A stretch of 64,000 nt of DNA from the human T2T-CHM13v2.0 reference genome, Homo sapiens: the NCBI RefSeq assembly GCF_009914755.1, contig NC_060928.1, one strand, 5' to 3'. Positions 1 through 13,245 of this stretch are shown here, one piece after another (within the stretch, counting starts at the first letter, position 1; the number at the start of each line of letters is the position of its first letter). The translations under genes and the position numbers were made by a program. The notes under the pieces were generated by a model that saw nothing but the letters and a program-made list of their open reading frames with translations, had not been told where the DNA came from and did no database searches.

Positions 1-290
1 CTCCCAAAATCAAAACTGTTCAACGGCTTCTCATCATGTTTAGAACAAAATCAAAATTTCTGAATATGGCCTGCATCGTCTGGACCCTGGCTACCACTCT
101 GAAAGTAACTCCCACAACTCCCCTGCCTTACCTACTTCCCACCAGCGAAAGCCTCCTTGTTTTCCTCAAATACATCAATCATGAGGTGGCATCGGGTCTC
201 TCACAATTGCCTTTCCTTCTACCTGTTATCTGCATGATTCACTCTCTCTTCATATGTCTACTTAAATATTCCTCAGAAAGGCTGTCATGT
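1..290 (+). mobile_element. LINE-2 fragment
   Basis: Degenerate L2 3' motifs (tttagaacaaaatcaaaatttctgaatatggcctgcat...tggaccctggctacc; cttaaatattcctcagaaaggct). Confidence 0.55.
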
Positions 291-439
291 TTCTGGGTGC
301 CGCATAGATAATTAATATCAGAAGGACAAGTGTTGAGGAAGGGAAAGCAGGCAAAAGACCATTATACATAGTTTAGGCAGGTTATTGTGGCTGCTTAATA
401 TAAACATGTACATATACTGATAGTGAGCATAAATCGGCA

Positions 440-1260
440 TGACCATGTTGAACAACTAAAGTTAAATATCTGCATATCATATGACCCAATTCTAGGTACC
501 TGTTCAAGAAAAATGAATATATTTGACCACTGAAATATATGTACAAGAATGTTATTAGGAGATTTATTCATAACAGCTGCTGAACAGGGAACTGCACATA
601 GACACAGCCTATCAACAGAAAGAATAACTAAATTGATATATTTATGTAATGGACTCCTCCACAGAAATGGAAAAAATGAAATACAATGATATAAAAAACA
701 TTGAGGGCTAGGCACAGTGGCTGATGACTGTAGTCTCAGCACTTTGGGATGCTGAGGTGTGCAGTTTGCCTGAGCCCAGGAGTTCACAAAAAGCCTAGAC
801 AACATGGTGAGACCCTACCTCTACAAAAAATATAAAAATTATCTGGGCATGGAGGCACATGCCTGCAGTCCCAGCTCCTTGGAAGGCTGAGATGGGAGTA
901 CCCTTATGCCTGAGTGAGACTCTGTCTCAAATTAAAAAAAAAAAAAAAAGAAAAATTAAAACGTTAAAAAAAAAAAACCATTCATTGTCTGAAAGACATA
1001 ATGTGACATGAAAGGAGCTAGTTACAAGGATCTATGTTGTATGATTCTAGTTCTATGAAGCTCAAGATCAAGGAACATATTATGAGTATAAAATAGACAT
1101 TACCTTTAAAGGCATATAGACTGGGTGACGCATGAGGAAGTCTTTCAAGGTGCCAGAAATGTTCTATATCTTGATTGGTTGGAAGTTGCACAGTTCTATA
1201 TATATGTAGAAAGTCACCATGCTGTGCTGTGTACTTTACGGTGACAACTCATTTAAAAAG
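440..1260 (+). mobile_element. Old L1M (L1ME/MC-like) 3' end, interrupted by an Alu
   Basis: L1 ORF2-end/3'UTR motifs atgacccaattctaggtacc, gtacaagaatgttatt, cataatgtgacatgaaaggagcta, gttctatatcttgatt. Confidence 0.6.
706..977 (+). mobile_element. AluJ-like element with a deletion in the right arm
   Basis: ggctaggcacagtggctga...cctgagcccaggagttc...ctacaaaaaatataaaaatta; jumps from gcctga to gtgagactctgtctc; long A tail; degenerate TSD aaaaacattga/aaaaccattca. Confidence 0.9.
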
Positions 1261-1779
1261 CAGATTTTAAAAGGAGATTATTTTGGCTTGAATCAGTGTG
1301 ATTTTGGTGTGAGATGGTGTAATTCAGGATGTATATTGTTGACAATATTTTACTAAAGGAAAAGTCTGCAAGAGAAGAAGGAGCCATTGGCTATGACTTC
1401 ATTAATTTTTGGAATGAGAAAATTCATGAGCTGAAATGAAAAAGAGAGCAGTAGAAGGGATTCAAGGACTTCACCATCTTTTGTTTTTAACAAATATATC
1501 TGTTAAATGAGAACTCACACATTTATATGAAAGTTAAATGTATAAAGTATTCCAAACAGTCACAAATAAAATGCTAAGAATGTTAAAAAGAAAAAGGAAC
1601 AGATACACTATTTGCTCAATTGGCCGTTACTCTCTGAGTGAGGTCTGGCAAAGCAGGATATTATTAGTCAAATTGAGCACATCATAATACCTTTTAGGAG
1701 AGTTTCAAGAATGAAGCAAACTTGCAAGTCCTATAGTGTTTTGTATTATTAAAAATAGTAGTGTAAAAAACATAAAATA

Positions 1780-2790
<1,011 letters not shown>

Positions 2791-3375
2791 CAGATAACTT
2801 AAGCTGTCTGTACATGAAGCAATGATTTTTTTAATAACAATTTTTTACGTATATAAATAAGCAGCAGCTAGCCTGGAGAACTATCTTTATAGCTTATAGT
2901 TTGTAGGGATGGTAAATGTTAAAAAGACTTTGATAAATAAAATATTATTAAAATATCACTATTTTAATGTAAGCATTTTAATTTAATCAATTGTAGTGTA
3001 TCTGAAAATATTTTGTAGAATGACTTGTAGCTGACAACCATAAGTGGTAAAATTGGTAAAAGGTGCTCTTACAGAGTGTGTTAAATATTTTCATGTTTTG
3101 GAAATATAGAGTTTAGAATTTTTCTTTTTGTTCCTGATATTTTAATATGGCCAGAGGCCTCTTTAATTCCGATTAGAAAACCCACTAATTATCTTATAAT
3201 AGTGGATTGCTTTAAAATTTAGAATGGGACAAAGCAAAGACGGCATTTCTCCCTTTTCTCCAGGCTCAAGGACGAAAGGCTAAAGGCAAAATGTAATACC
3301 TACTATACGCAGTGGGCCTGAGAGTTAAGTGGGCAGAGGTATAAGGGGGAAGATGAGAGGTTAAAAGTCTCTTCC

Positions 3376-3754
<379 letters not shown>

Positions 3755-4304
3755 TTACCCACTTTGGATTGAACTTTTCTTCCTTTTCTTCCCCTTTTCA
3801 TGTTTACTAAATTAAGCTGGACTTTCCTTCCATTCAGGAGGTCTGAGGAGGCCTGAAGGAGCCAGGATAAGGTCAAAAGGAAAGCAAGTACAGAATGGGC
3901 AATTTAGGAAAATTTGGTTTCATTTGACAAGAAATATTCAGTTTTTTATTACTTTAAGAGTAGTAGAACCCAAGCCTAGGTCTGGGTCTAGCAGAAAAGA
4001 GTCAAAGGTATGGCTTGACCTGCTTTAATTTAGACAAGGCAGTGGGTCAAAAATAATCCTTGAGGATCACAAGGCTGGAAGAGTATATGCCACTCTGAGG
4101 CCAAAGATGTAGCTCCCTTGAGGACTTGAAAATGTATCAGGCCACTGTCTTAGCCTTTATGTTTCCCCGTCATTGTTTTTCAGTGGAAACAAAATTAAGT
4201 TCTTCCATGTGCCTATCACCTGATAGGCTATAAACCAGCTTCTGAGGAGTTAAAAATACACAGCACTGTGCTGAAGAAGGTTGTAACCTTCTTAAAAAGG
4301 TACT

Positions 4305-4480
4305 GGAATGCGGGGCTTAGATGCATGAATTCTGGAGCCAGGCCTGTAAAGCTGGATAATTTTGAGCAAGTTATTTAAGCTCATTGCAACTTAGTTACTT
4401 CATTTAAAATTATCAATATTAACTGTAAGGTGCTTAAAACATCAACTGATACATAGTAAACTGTTAATTTTTGTTATGAT
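4305..4480 (+). mobile_element. MIR fragment
   Basis: tctggagccaggcctg, ttgagcaagttatttaa, gtaaggtgcttaaaaca...catagtaaac. Confidence 0.6.
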
Positions 4481-5286
4481 TACAGTTATTTAAAACAAAC
4501 CCTATCTTTGATTTGCCTGTAATAAATATCTGCTATTCATTTTTCCAACATACTCAGTTCATGCCTATGGCCAAGGACAGAAAATCCTCCCTGACTATTC
4601 TGCTAAGGTTCCAGGGAAATATACACTCTTATATTTCTTTGTGGATGAAGAAGTACTTAGTGGAATAAGCACTTTCCCAGCCATGCAATCTTTCCTTTGC
4701 AATTAAATCACTGTGCATATAGAATGAATGATTTATTATCTGGAAATCTTAGCTTATTCATTTATATAATGTGAAATGTTATCTTTAAAATTCATCATAC
4801 CTGTAAAACATCATTATTAATGAGTAGCCTTGACACAAAAAGTATACTTCATTGTTAAGCAGCCGTATGAGAAATTATAAATACTTTCAGGTATAGCCAA
4901 GTACACTCTACCTGGTGAAAATCTTGCAATGTGTTACAGCTAATCCTTGGGCTTGGAGGCAATTTTAAATCTAGAATTTATAGTTCACTGTGATTATAGT
5001 TAATCACACAGTATTTAAGATTAATTGCTATATTTACAGAACTAGCAATTCTTAGAAAAAATACTGATCGGATTTTCCACACCTACCAATCACTTCCAGT
5101 CAATCAGGTAACTTTGTCTAGAACGGGAAAGGGAACTGTTCAAATCTGTTTTATTTATTTAATACATCTGAGTATATAGTGAGGTAAAATAATTTGTACA
5201 TAAATATCAAAAGTAATAAAAGGGGTATTGTATTTTGTACATCTATCAATATATTAGAAAATATACTATCATTGATACTACCACTC

Positions 5287-5380
5287 TGTGTACGTAAGTG
5301 TATATGTGTGTATGTATATGTATATATGTATATGTACATATGTATACACACCCACATATATATACACATACATAGTATAC
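5287..5380. repeat. Compound (TG/TA/CA)n low-complexity repeat
   Basis: gtgtatatgtgtgtatgtatatgtatatatgt...atacacatacat seen directly. Confidence 0.85.
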
Positions 5381-5754
5381 ATTCAGGGTTAGATATAATG
5401 ATGGCAAAGATGTATGGGTGTGTATACAATTCATACTTTACTTAAAACACTGGAATGATTTCAAGTCATTGCCGATTTCTGATTTACAGTTACTTGTAGA
5501 TTGTTATTCTAACCTTAAGTGATATTTAAGCCTTATAATATAAAGATTTTGAACGTTAACACTTTATAATTATTTATTTAAAAACCATCACAATTATGTT
5601 AAATAGTTTCTAGCATGGTAAACTTAAGTAAAAACATATAGAACATTTGACAATGATACTAGCAAACTCTGCTGCAAAAAAATTAAAAGTTCAAAATGCC
5701 TATTAGGGATTGGTTCATATCTTTAAAATAAGAAGTTTCCATGAGAATCTCTAT

Positions 5755-5860
5755 GGTGCATGGTTTGAGGATATTATCTTTTGATATGGGCTGCCTGAGC
5801 TAAACTGATTTTGCTATTTAACTGTGTGACCCTGGGCACTCTGTTTCTTCATCTGTCAAG
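5755..5860 (+). mobile_element. MIR fragment
   Basis: actgtgtgaccctgggca...ctgtttcttcatctgt core-like motif. Confidence 0.45.
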
Positions 5861-7194
5861 TATATCTAAGAGGTGTAGGACAATGCCTCACACAGCAAAT
5901 AAGGTCATAATTGTGATAAGAAACCTGAGATCCCTTTGAGCTTTAGAATTTTATGAAACAGTAGTAATATCTGTTTAAGAGAAGATGCTAAGGGCTTCTT
6001 TAGCCATACAATACTGAAGAAAATGAGCTCTCAATGAAATAAACACTTTAATTTTTATTTTATGCATTTATAATACAAAAAGTAGCTTACAGGAGTTAGC
6101 TTGGAGCTTGCAGGAATTCAAGGTGATTTGGGAAGAGTGAATATGGCAATAATTGGAAAAACTGCTCGATTTATTTTTCTAATCTTGACATATAAGATGA
6201 AGGATTCATGTAAAATCACTTAAGTTTTATATGTTACTAATGTAGCTGTACTGACTAAAACTGAAAGAGAGTCAAATGCTTTCTTTCCATTTGCTGAGTT
6301 TCATGGGTGTGTGTTTAATTTGAACTCTTTTTAATGAGAGTGAGATGAAAAAGGCTGAAAAAGGCCAGTCCTAAGCTTAAGCATCAGTTAGTTACACAAT
6401 AGGTTCAGGGAACGTGTTTGAAAAACAGAAGGCCAGTGCTTAGTCATCTGGCTTCTATCTGCCTTGTTCTCTGTAGAGACTTAGATAGTATACTTTATAA
6501 ATTGCTGGAGAATGGAGATAAAACTTGATGATTTTAATGGAAATTGCTGTTGTTTCCCTAGAGTAATTCAGTTAAAGTTGACCTATGTTGAACATCAGTG
6601 AAACAATTTCTCTTTCTTCGTAGGTTCTTTCTGTATAGAGGATTAAATAGGAAAAAAAATTACGTTTCAGATCTTTTTTGCAAGACCAAAATTTTCTGGC
6701 CAATATTTGAACATTGCAAAGAATTGTGTAAGTAAAGATTATTCATTTAGACAGTGTTCTCATTTCAACAATAGCTCATTTCTAGTATTTAATTACATGA
6801 TGTTCCAAATGATATCATATCATTCCAGTAGAATAGGGGAGCTTTCCCAATCACTGTTTTGAATATTTCATCTAATTAGAGAACAGAACTTTTATGTTGT
6901 AAGCATAATCTAATGTTGTAGGATATAATCTGTATTTTATGTTTTTGGATGAAGAGGATGGGAGAGTGATCAGAGAAGAAATGTTTGAATAAACATTTAA
7001 CATAAGTTCAAATGCTCATATGTGCTTTTTATTGATGTAAAACAGGTTACATCAAAAAATAATTTTATATTTTGTAATTTTACTAATCTCTAAGGGTTGT
7101 CTGAATGAAATACAGACATTAAAAACTGATACCAGGGTAGCAAAACCAGTGAAAAAATTAATATGACCAACTCTAGTAATTTACTTAAGAGCAC

Positions 7195-8580
7195 TTAAGA
7201 CCCAGAAATAGACCCACACAAATGCAAACATCTGATTTTTGACAAAGGTGTAAAAGAAATTCAAAGGAGAAAGGGTATTCTTTTCAACAAATGGTAGTAA
7301 AGCAATTAAATATCCATAGACAAAAATAATAAACCTTGATCCACATCGCACACTTTGCCTAAAACCAACTCAAAACAGATAACTCAAAACCATAATATTT
7401 TTAAAAGGTAACATAGGAGAAAACTCTGGAACCTAGGGCTCAGTCACATGTCCTTAGACATGATACCAAAAGCACCACCCATAAAAAGAAAAATCAATAA
7501 GTTGGACTTCATCAAAATTAAAAACACTTGTTCTGAGAAAGACCCTTATAAGAAAATTAAAAGACAAGCTATGGAATGAGAGAAAAGAATTGTAAACTAC
7601 ATATCTGACAAAGACTTCTATTAGAATATATAAGAACCTCTCAAAACTCAGCAGTAAAACTAACAGACAAAAACCCCCAAAATAACCAATAAAATTAGAA
7701 AATGGTCGAAGACATGAAGAAACATGTCACTGAAGAGGATATAAAGATGACAAATAAGCACATGAAAAAAATGTTCACCATCACTAGCTGTTAAAATACG
7801 AATGTAATCCAAAATACCATTTGGTATTGTCACTATTTTAGTTCTTCCAAAAGGAATGTAGTGATATCTCATTTGGATTACATTTGTATTTCCAGATTTC
7901 ACAGTCCTACCAGCAATGTGTGACAGATCCAGTTCCTCTGCATCCATGTAATCCAAAATGGGATATCACTATATACCTTTTGGAAGAACCAAAATAGTGA
8001 CAATACCAAATGCTCGTAGGACTGTAAAATCTGGAAAATAGTTTGGCAGTTTCTTAAAAATACTAAACACATACTTACCACTAGACAATCGAGCACTTGG
8101 ACTCCTGAGAATTTATTCTGGGGGTAGAGTGGGAGGTAGGGAAATACGTCCTCATAGAAACCTGTACATGATTGTTGAAAGCAGCTTTGTAAGAAATGGC
8201 CAGAAACTGAAAACAACCAAAATGTCTTTCAACAAGTGAATGGTTAAACGAACTGTGATCCATATATACCATTGAATACTACTCAGCAATAAAAAAGACT
8301 CAACTTGGATGTCTTGGACAGATCTCAAGGGTATCATGCTGAGTGAAAAAAAAAAAAAAGCCAAGTTATTCATTTACACATCTACGCAACTGATAAAATA
8401 ACATAAAAGTATGCATACACATTGTATTGAATGTCAATTTCTTGGTTTTAATATTGTACTGCAATTATATAAGATGTAACTATTGAGGAAAACTAAGGGA
8501 GTACTACACTGGCACCGGTCCTCTTTGTACAATTTTTTGCAACTTCCTGTATCTACAGTTATTTCAAAATAAAAAAGTTT
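7195..8580 (+). mobile_element. L1MB/MC-type 3' portion (end of ORF2 plus 3'UTR)
   Basis: cccagaaatagacccacaca...gatttttgacaaaggtg, ggacttcatcaaaattaaaaac, tcttggacagatctcaagggtatcatgctgagtgaaaa, ends gttatttcaaaataaaaaagttta. Confidence 0.85.
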
Positions 8581-8581
8581 A

Positions 8582-8888
<307 letters not shown>

Positions 8889-8977
8889 TTAAAAAAATAC
8901 AAACATAGGAAGTGATAAACAGCCCTTTCTAACTGGGTTTTGTTGCATGTGGATGTGAGGTGTCGAACTGTAGCAGT

Positions 8978-11080
8978 TGATGTCCAAGAGGGTTGTCAGC
9001 AGAAGGGTGATGGACAAGCCTCCACATGATAAGGGGGCTTGACATAGTTTGGATATTTGTCCCCACTCAAATCTCATGTTCAAATGTAATCCCTAATATT
9101 GTAGGTAGGGCCTGGCAGGTGGTGACTGGAATATGGAGGCAGAATCCTCATGAATGGTTAAGCACCATCCCTTTGGTGCTGTCCTCCAGATAGTGAGTGA
9201 GTTCTTGGAGGAGTGTTCTGAGATCTGATCGTTTAGAAGTGTGTGGTGCTTCCCCTCACCCTTCCAGTTCTCACCATGTGATGTGCTTGCTCCCCTTTGC
9301 CTTTTGCCATAATCAGAAGCTTCCTGAGACCTCCCAGAAGCAAATGCAGCTATGCTTCTGTAGAGCCTGCAGAATCATGAGCCAGTTAACCCTCTTTCCT
9401 TTATAATTTACCCGGTCTCAGGTATTTCTTTATAGCAATGCAAAAATGGGCTAATACAGGGCCTTCAGGATCAAAACCAACTTTCCCACAGAGTACTCAT
9501 TCAAACCACCAAAGATCACATTTAAAACAAAGACCTATCACCTGAACATTGATGAAAAGGGGAAGGTCTGTTTGCCAGTAATTAGTGCTGAAAACTAGAA
9601 GCTGGCAACCAAAACCAACTAAGTAATCCAGTCAGTCTTTCATAGCACTGATGATCTATCCTCAGCCCAAGCATCCCCTTTGGCCTGACTTACCTGAAGA
9701 ATACTCTAAGGATCATAAAAAATTCTGTAAGAATGCTGGAGAGTTTACAAAGCAATACAGTCAAAAGCGACTTGCAGACTAAAATCTGCTGCGATTGATT
9801 CCAGCAAATGTGAGCAGAGCCCTTGCCCCTGGGAGCAGTGCATTCAGACACCCAGAAAGCAAGGCTCTGTGGAAAATTGACACATGCCATCCCCTGGGTT
9901 TCCTTGTGGCAGTTACTAGCTTTCCACAGTTTTCTCAATCAAAAGTGATCTAGGTAACTTGTAAAGAAAAGATGAAACATTTAAGGTGTTTTCATTCTGC
10001 TTTTTGTTTTAAAAAAATCACTGCTTCAACCTACTTCAAAAGAACGATTTTCCTTTTCTTGTCCAAAGTTATCGAAAATCTTCAAGCTACACTTAGCTCT
10101 TAAGATTAAAAAAGAAAAAAAAAGAAAAAAAAATACGTTGTTCCCCTTCTTCCTTCTGCCCTTGCAACTCCCACTTCTTGCACTCAGTTTCTTTTTCATT
10201 TATTGACTTCCCCATACCTAGGCCCTGCCTCCTCTGCATGGGAGAGGAGAGGACCCAGGTGTTTCTGGTGGCTTTTCCTCTCACTTATTTGGACTGCTGT
10301 ATGTAGGAGTTGGTTTAAAATTCTCCTGACTCCCAGTTTATAATATCATTTTAAAAATTTAAAAACAAGCAAAGAGCCACAGCCCTCCCCTCCAGCCCTC
10401 TCCCTAAAAATCCGTGGAAAGGGAGAGCCAGCTGTCCTGTAAATATCCAGCTAATGTTACTACAATATAGTCAATGACTTGGGCAAACCTCGATGTCGGG
10501 GTGCACGACTGATCTCCGGGCGGACCTGGCCTGCATAGGGAAACCCTATAATAACAGGTCGGCCAGCCAAGAGGGTGCTGTGCACACTGCACGTGGTGAA
10601 TCTCTCGCCAGAAAGACTCCAGAGACAAAGGGTGGCACTCCTGCAGCCAGTTAGATCTTCTGGTCCTTGCAAGCAACGTTAAAGCCATAATGTCCATTTG
10701 AAATTTCAAGTTCATTTGTCACCGAGTTCCATCGGAATGCGCCACGGGGCTCAATCTCCACTTTCTGGATGCGTGGCCCCACCACAGCCCTCCCTCAGCA
10801 CAGTCTGATCCTGTGCGAGATTGGAATTGGAATCGGCAGGACTCGGCTATTTAGGGCACCAGTCTGGGGTCTCCGGGGCCTCTGCTGGCGCCTTTGTCCT
10901 CGGAGCAGCCAGCCAGCCAAGGAACAAGACAGACATCCTTCTTCCTTTGGACTCACAGCCTTTGCAGAGTCAAGCTCCCCTTGAAGCTCACTCAATAATA
11001 TCCTTTAAAACATGTCTTAAATTGTTTTGACTGCCTCTTTTATTTTTGGAAGAAATAAAAATTGATCTTAGAATTAAAAA
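8978..11080 (+). pseudogene. UBE2L3: Processed pseudogene of UBE2L3 (UbcH7 ubiquitin-conjugating E2). Symbol given is the parent gene
   Basis: Intronless match to the UBE2L3 CDS: DKPPHDKG[LTR][45 protein letters not shown]..., ending KKFCKNAGEFTKQYSQKRLAD* (taa 9780-9782). Followed by ~1.3 kb matching the UBE2L3 3'UTR, with AATAAA at 11054-11059. Start ATG->AGG (8989), TGG->TAG (9596), a further stop and a frameshift. Degenerate TSD aactgtagcagt (8966-8977)/aattacagcagt (11125-11136). Confidence 0.93.
9040..9458 (+). mobile_element. MST (MSTA/MSTB) solo MaLR LTR inserted in the UBE2L3 retrocopy
   Basis: tgacatagtttggatatttgtcccc...aaatctcatgtt start, ...tatagcaatgcaaaaatgggctaataca end; 5-bp TSD gggct/gggcc. 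Confidence 0.9.
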
Positions 11081-11124
11081 CAACACACACACACACACAC
11101 ACACAGACACACACACACACACAC
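11081..11124. repeat. (CA)n microsatellite at the position of the retrocopy poly(A) tail
   Basis: About 21 CA units with one GA interruption. Confidence 0.95.
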
Positions 11125-12387
11125 AATTACAGCAGTAAAGTGGCGCAAGGAGACAAACAGGAAAAAGCCAATATGCTGAATATGGTCTAATTGGAAACAT
11201 GGAAGACGCTTGGCTTCTGATGCCATCTTTGGATCACTAAGTTAACTAAACTTGGAATGACTTATATCTAGTAAATTACTAAATGATCTAATAATTGACT
11301 TCATTGTTTAAGCTTAGAAAAAAGCACTGAATCTCCTCAAAGCTATTAATATTAAATGCCATAAAATTTAAACAGAAAAATTATTTAAAAATTTAAAATT
11401 CTGGTGTACATGTACTGAATTGCATCATCTTGGGCAATTTTCAAATGAGATACCCTGGAATATCTCCCAAAGAAATCTAAATTCACCATATTTTATTAAA
11501 CTACTGAACTGACAGTATATGAAAAACACAGATGTTACACACAAAATAAATGCAGAAACAAATTCAGATTTTAAAAAGTATAATGTGAGTTTGAGAAATG
11601 GCTTTGGTTCTTAGCAAAAGTTAGAAAGTTAGGGATTTTGTCAAGATTTGAAGAGTCTTTAAAATTTGGAAAAGAATATAAAGGTTTATAAATAATATTT
11701 TCTTAAAGTTCATGTGATATTCCAGAACAAGAGATAACTCTTAAGATTAAGATATTTTAATTTTAGCTTTGAATACTTTTTGTTTTCTCCCTAATTTTGC
11801 CACTATGTAAAAATGTTAGTGCAGTATTTTAGTTAGTACATGCTTTGAGTTTAATCTATGTTAAACTTTCAAAAATTTTTACATTAGTTCTATGGGTTGA
11901 GTCATTAGTGTTTCTATAAATTGTCTTAAGATTGCAAAACTATACAGTTGTATTTAACTAAAAGAACTCATAACAATGAATAACTTCTAAAATGTTTAAG
12001 CCTGTGAATTCTTACAATATAACCAACTATATATACTTAATTTGCTTGTTTAATTTTAATTTCTAGAACTTTATTTAACTTTAAAGGCTGAAGCTAATCT
12101 TTTATTGAGGTAATAATTTAATCTTTGGGTACTTGGACAATTTCTAAGGAAAAAAGAGGCAAAACATTGGTCACTAATCATTGTTATGTCTACCCTTTTC
12201 ACTATTTTTATGTATTATACTATGGTTGTAGAGTAAAAATATATGCAATTTTCTTTAAATGGTCAATAAAACTCAAAAGTTATTAATCTGGTAGATTTGG
12301 GCTTATGAAAAATTATTATTTTGGCTTTCTGAGTTCTTTTTATTTTTAATTTGGAAAACAAAATTTGGTTAGTTTGGATAAAGATAG

Positions 12388-12756
12388 TGCTATAATCAGA
12401 ATGTTCCTTCCAAAATTCATGTGTTGAAAACTTAATCCCAATGCAATAGTATTGGAAGGTGGGGCCTAATGAGAGATGTTTAGGTCATGAGTGCTTCATT
12501 CTCATGAATGTATTAATGCTGCTAAAAATGGGCTTCTGGGAGTGTGTTCACACTTCTGCTCTTCTGCCATATTTGGACACAGTTTGTCTGTTTTTGCTCT
12601 TCCACCTTCCACCATGGGAAGATAGAGCAAGAAGGCCCTCACCCAACACCAGATGCTTGTGCCTTGATCTTAGACCTCCCAGCCTCCAGAAATGTGAGAA
12701 ATAAATTTCTGTTCTTTATAAATTACTCAGTCTTAGGTATTGACAGACTAAGACCA
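12388..12756 (+). mobile_element. MSTD-like solo MaLR LTR
   Basis: tgctataatcagaatgttccttccaaaattcatgtgttgaaaacttaatccc...agaaataaatttctgttctttataaattac...gactaagacca; TSD gatag/gatgg. Confidence 0.85.
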
Positions 12757-12820
12757 GATGGTAACATAAACCACAAGATAATACTTGGTTTAGAGGTTAC
12801 AGAAAAATATAAATATGTAT

Positions 12821-13213
12821 TGTACTAGTTTTGCTAGGGCAGCCATAATGAAGTACCAGAGACTGGGTGACTTAATCAACATAAATTAATTTTTCTCACA
12901 TTTCTGGAGGCTAGAAGCTCAAGATCAAGGTATCCTCAGGGTTTTTTTTTTTTTTTTTTTTGAGGACTCTCTCCTTGACTTGTAGGTGGCCATCTTATTC
13001 CTTTATCTTCTACTTGCTCCTCTTCTGTGCTTATATGTATTTTAATCTCCTCCTATAAGACCAATCACATTGGATTAGTGCCTATCTTTACGACCTTATT
13101 TTAACTTAATTTCCTCTTTAAGAGACCTTTCTCCAAATATAGTCACATTCTAGCATACCAAGGTTTAGGGCTTCAAAACATCAATTTTGGGGAGATATAA
13201 TTCCGCCTATAAT
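12821..13213 (-). mobile_element. MLT1A/B-type MaLR LTR
   Basis: tgtactagttttgctagggcagccataatgaagtacca...ctggaggctagaagctcaagatcaagg...ccaaatatagtcacattct. Confidence 0.85.
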
Positions 13214-13245
13214 ATATATATATATACTTATATATGATAAATATG

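Noticed and set aside
4989-5008. tgtgatta-tagt-taatcaca short palindrome
   Set aside because: An 8-bp AT-rich stem is expected by chance in 64 kb.
10404-11030. Cluster of 66-103-aa ORFs on both strands
   Set aside because: They lie in the GC-rich retrocopied UBE2L3 3'UTR, where stops are rarer. No homology recognised.
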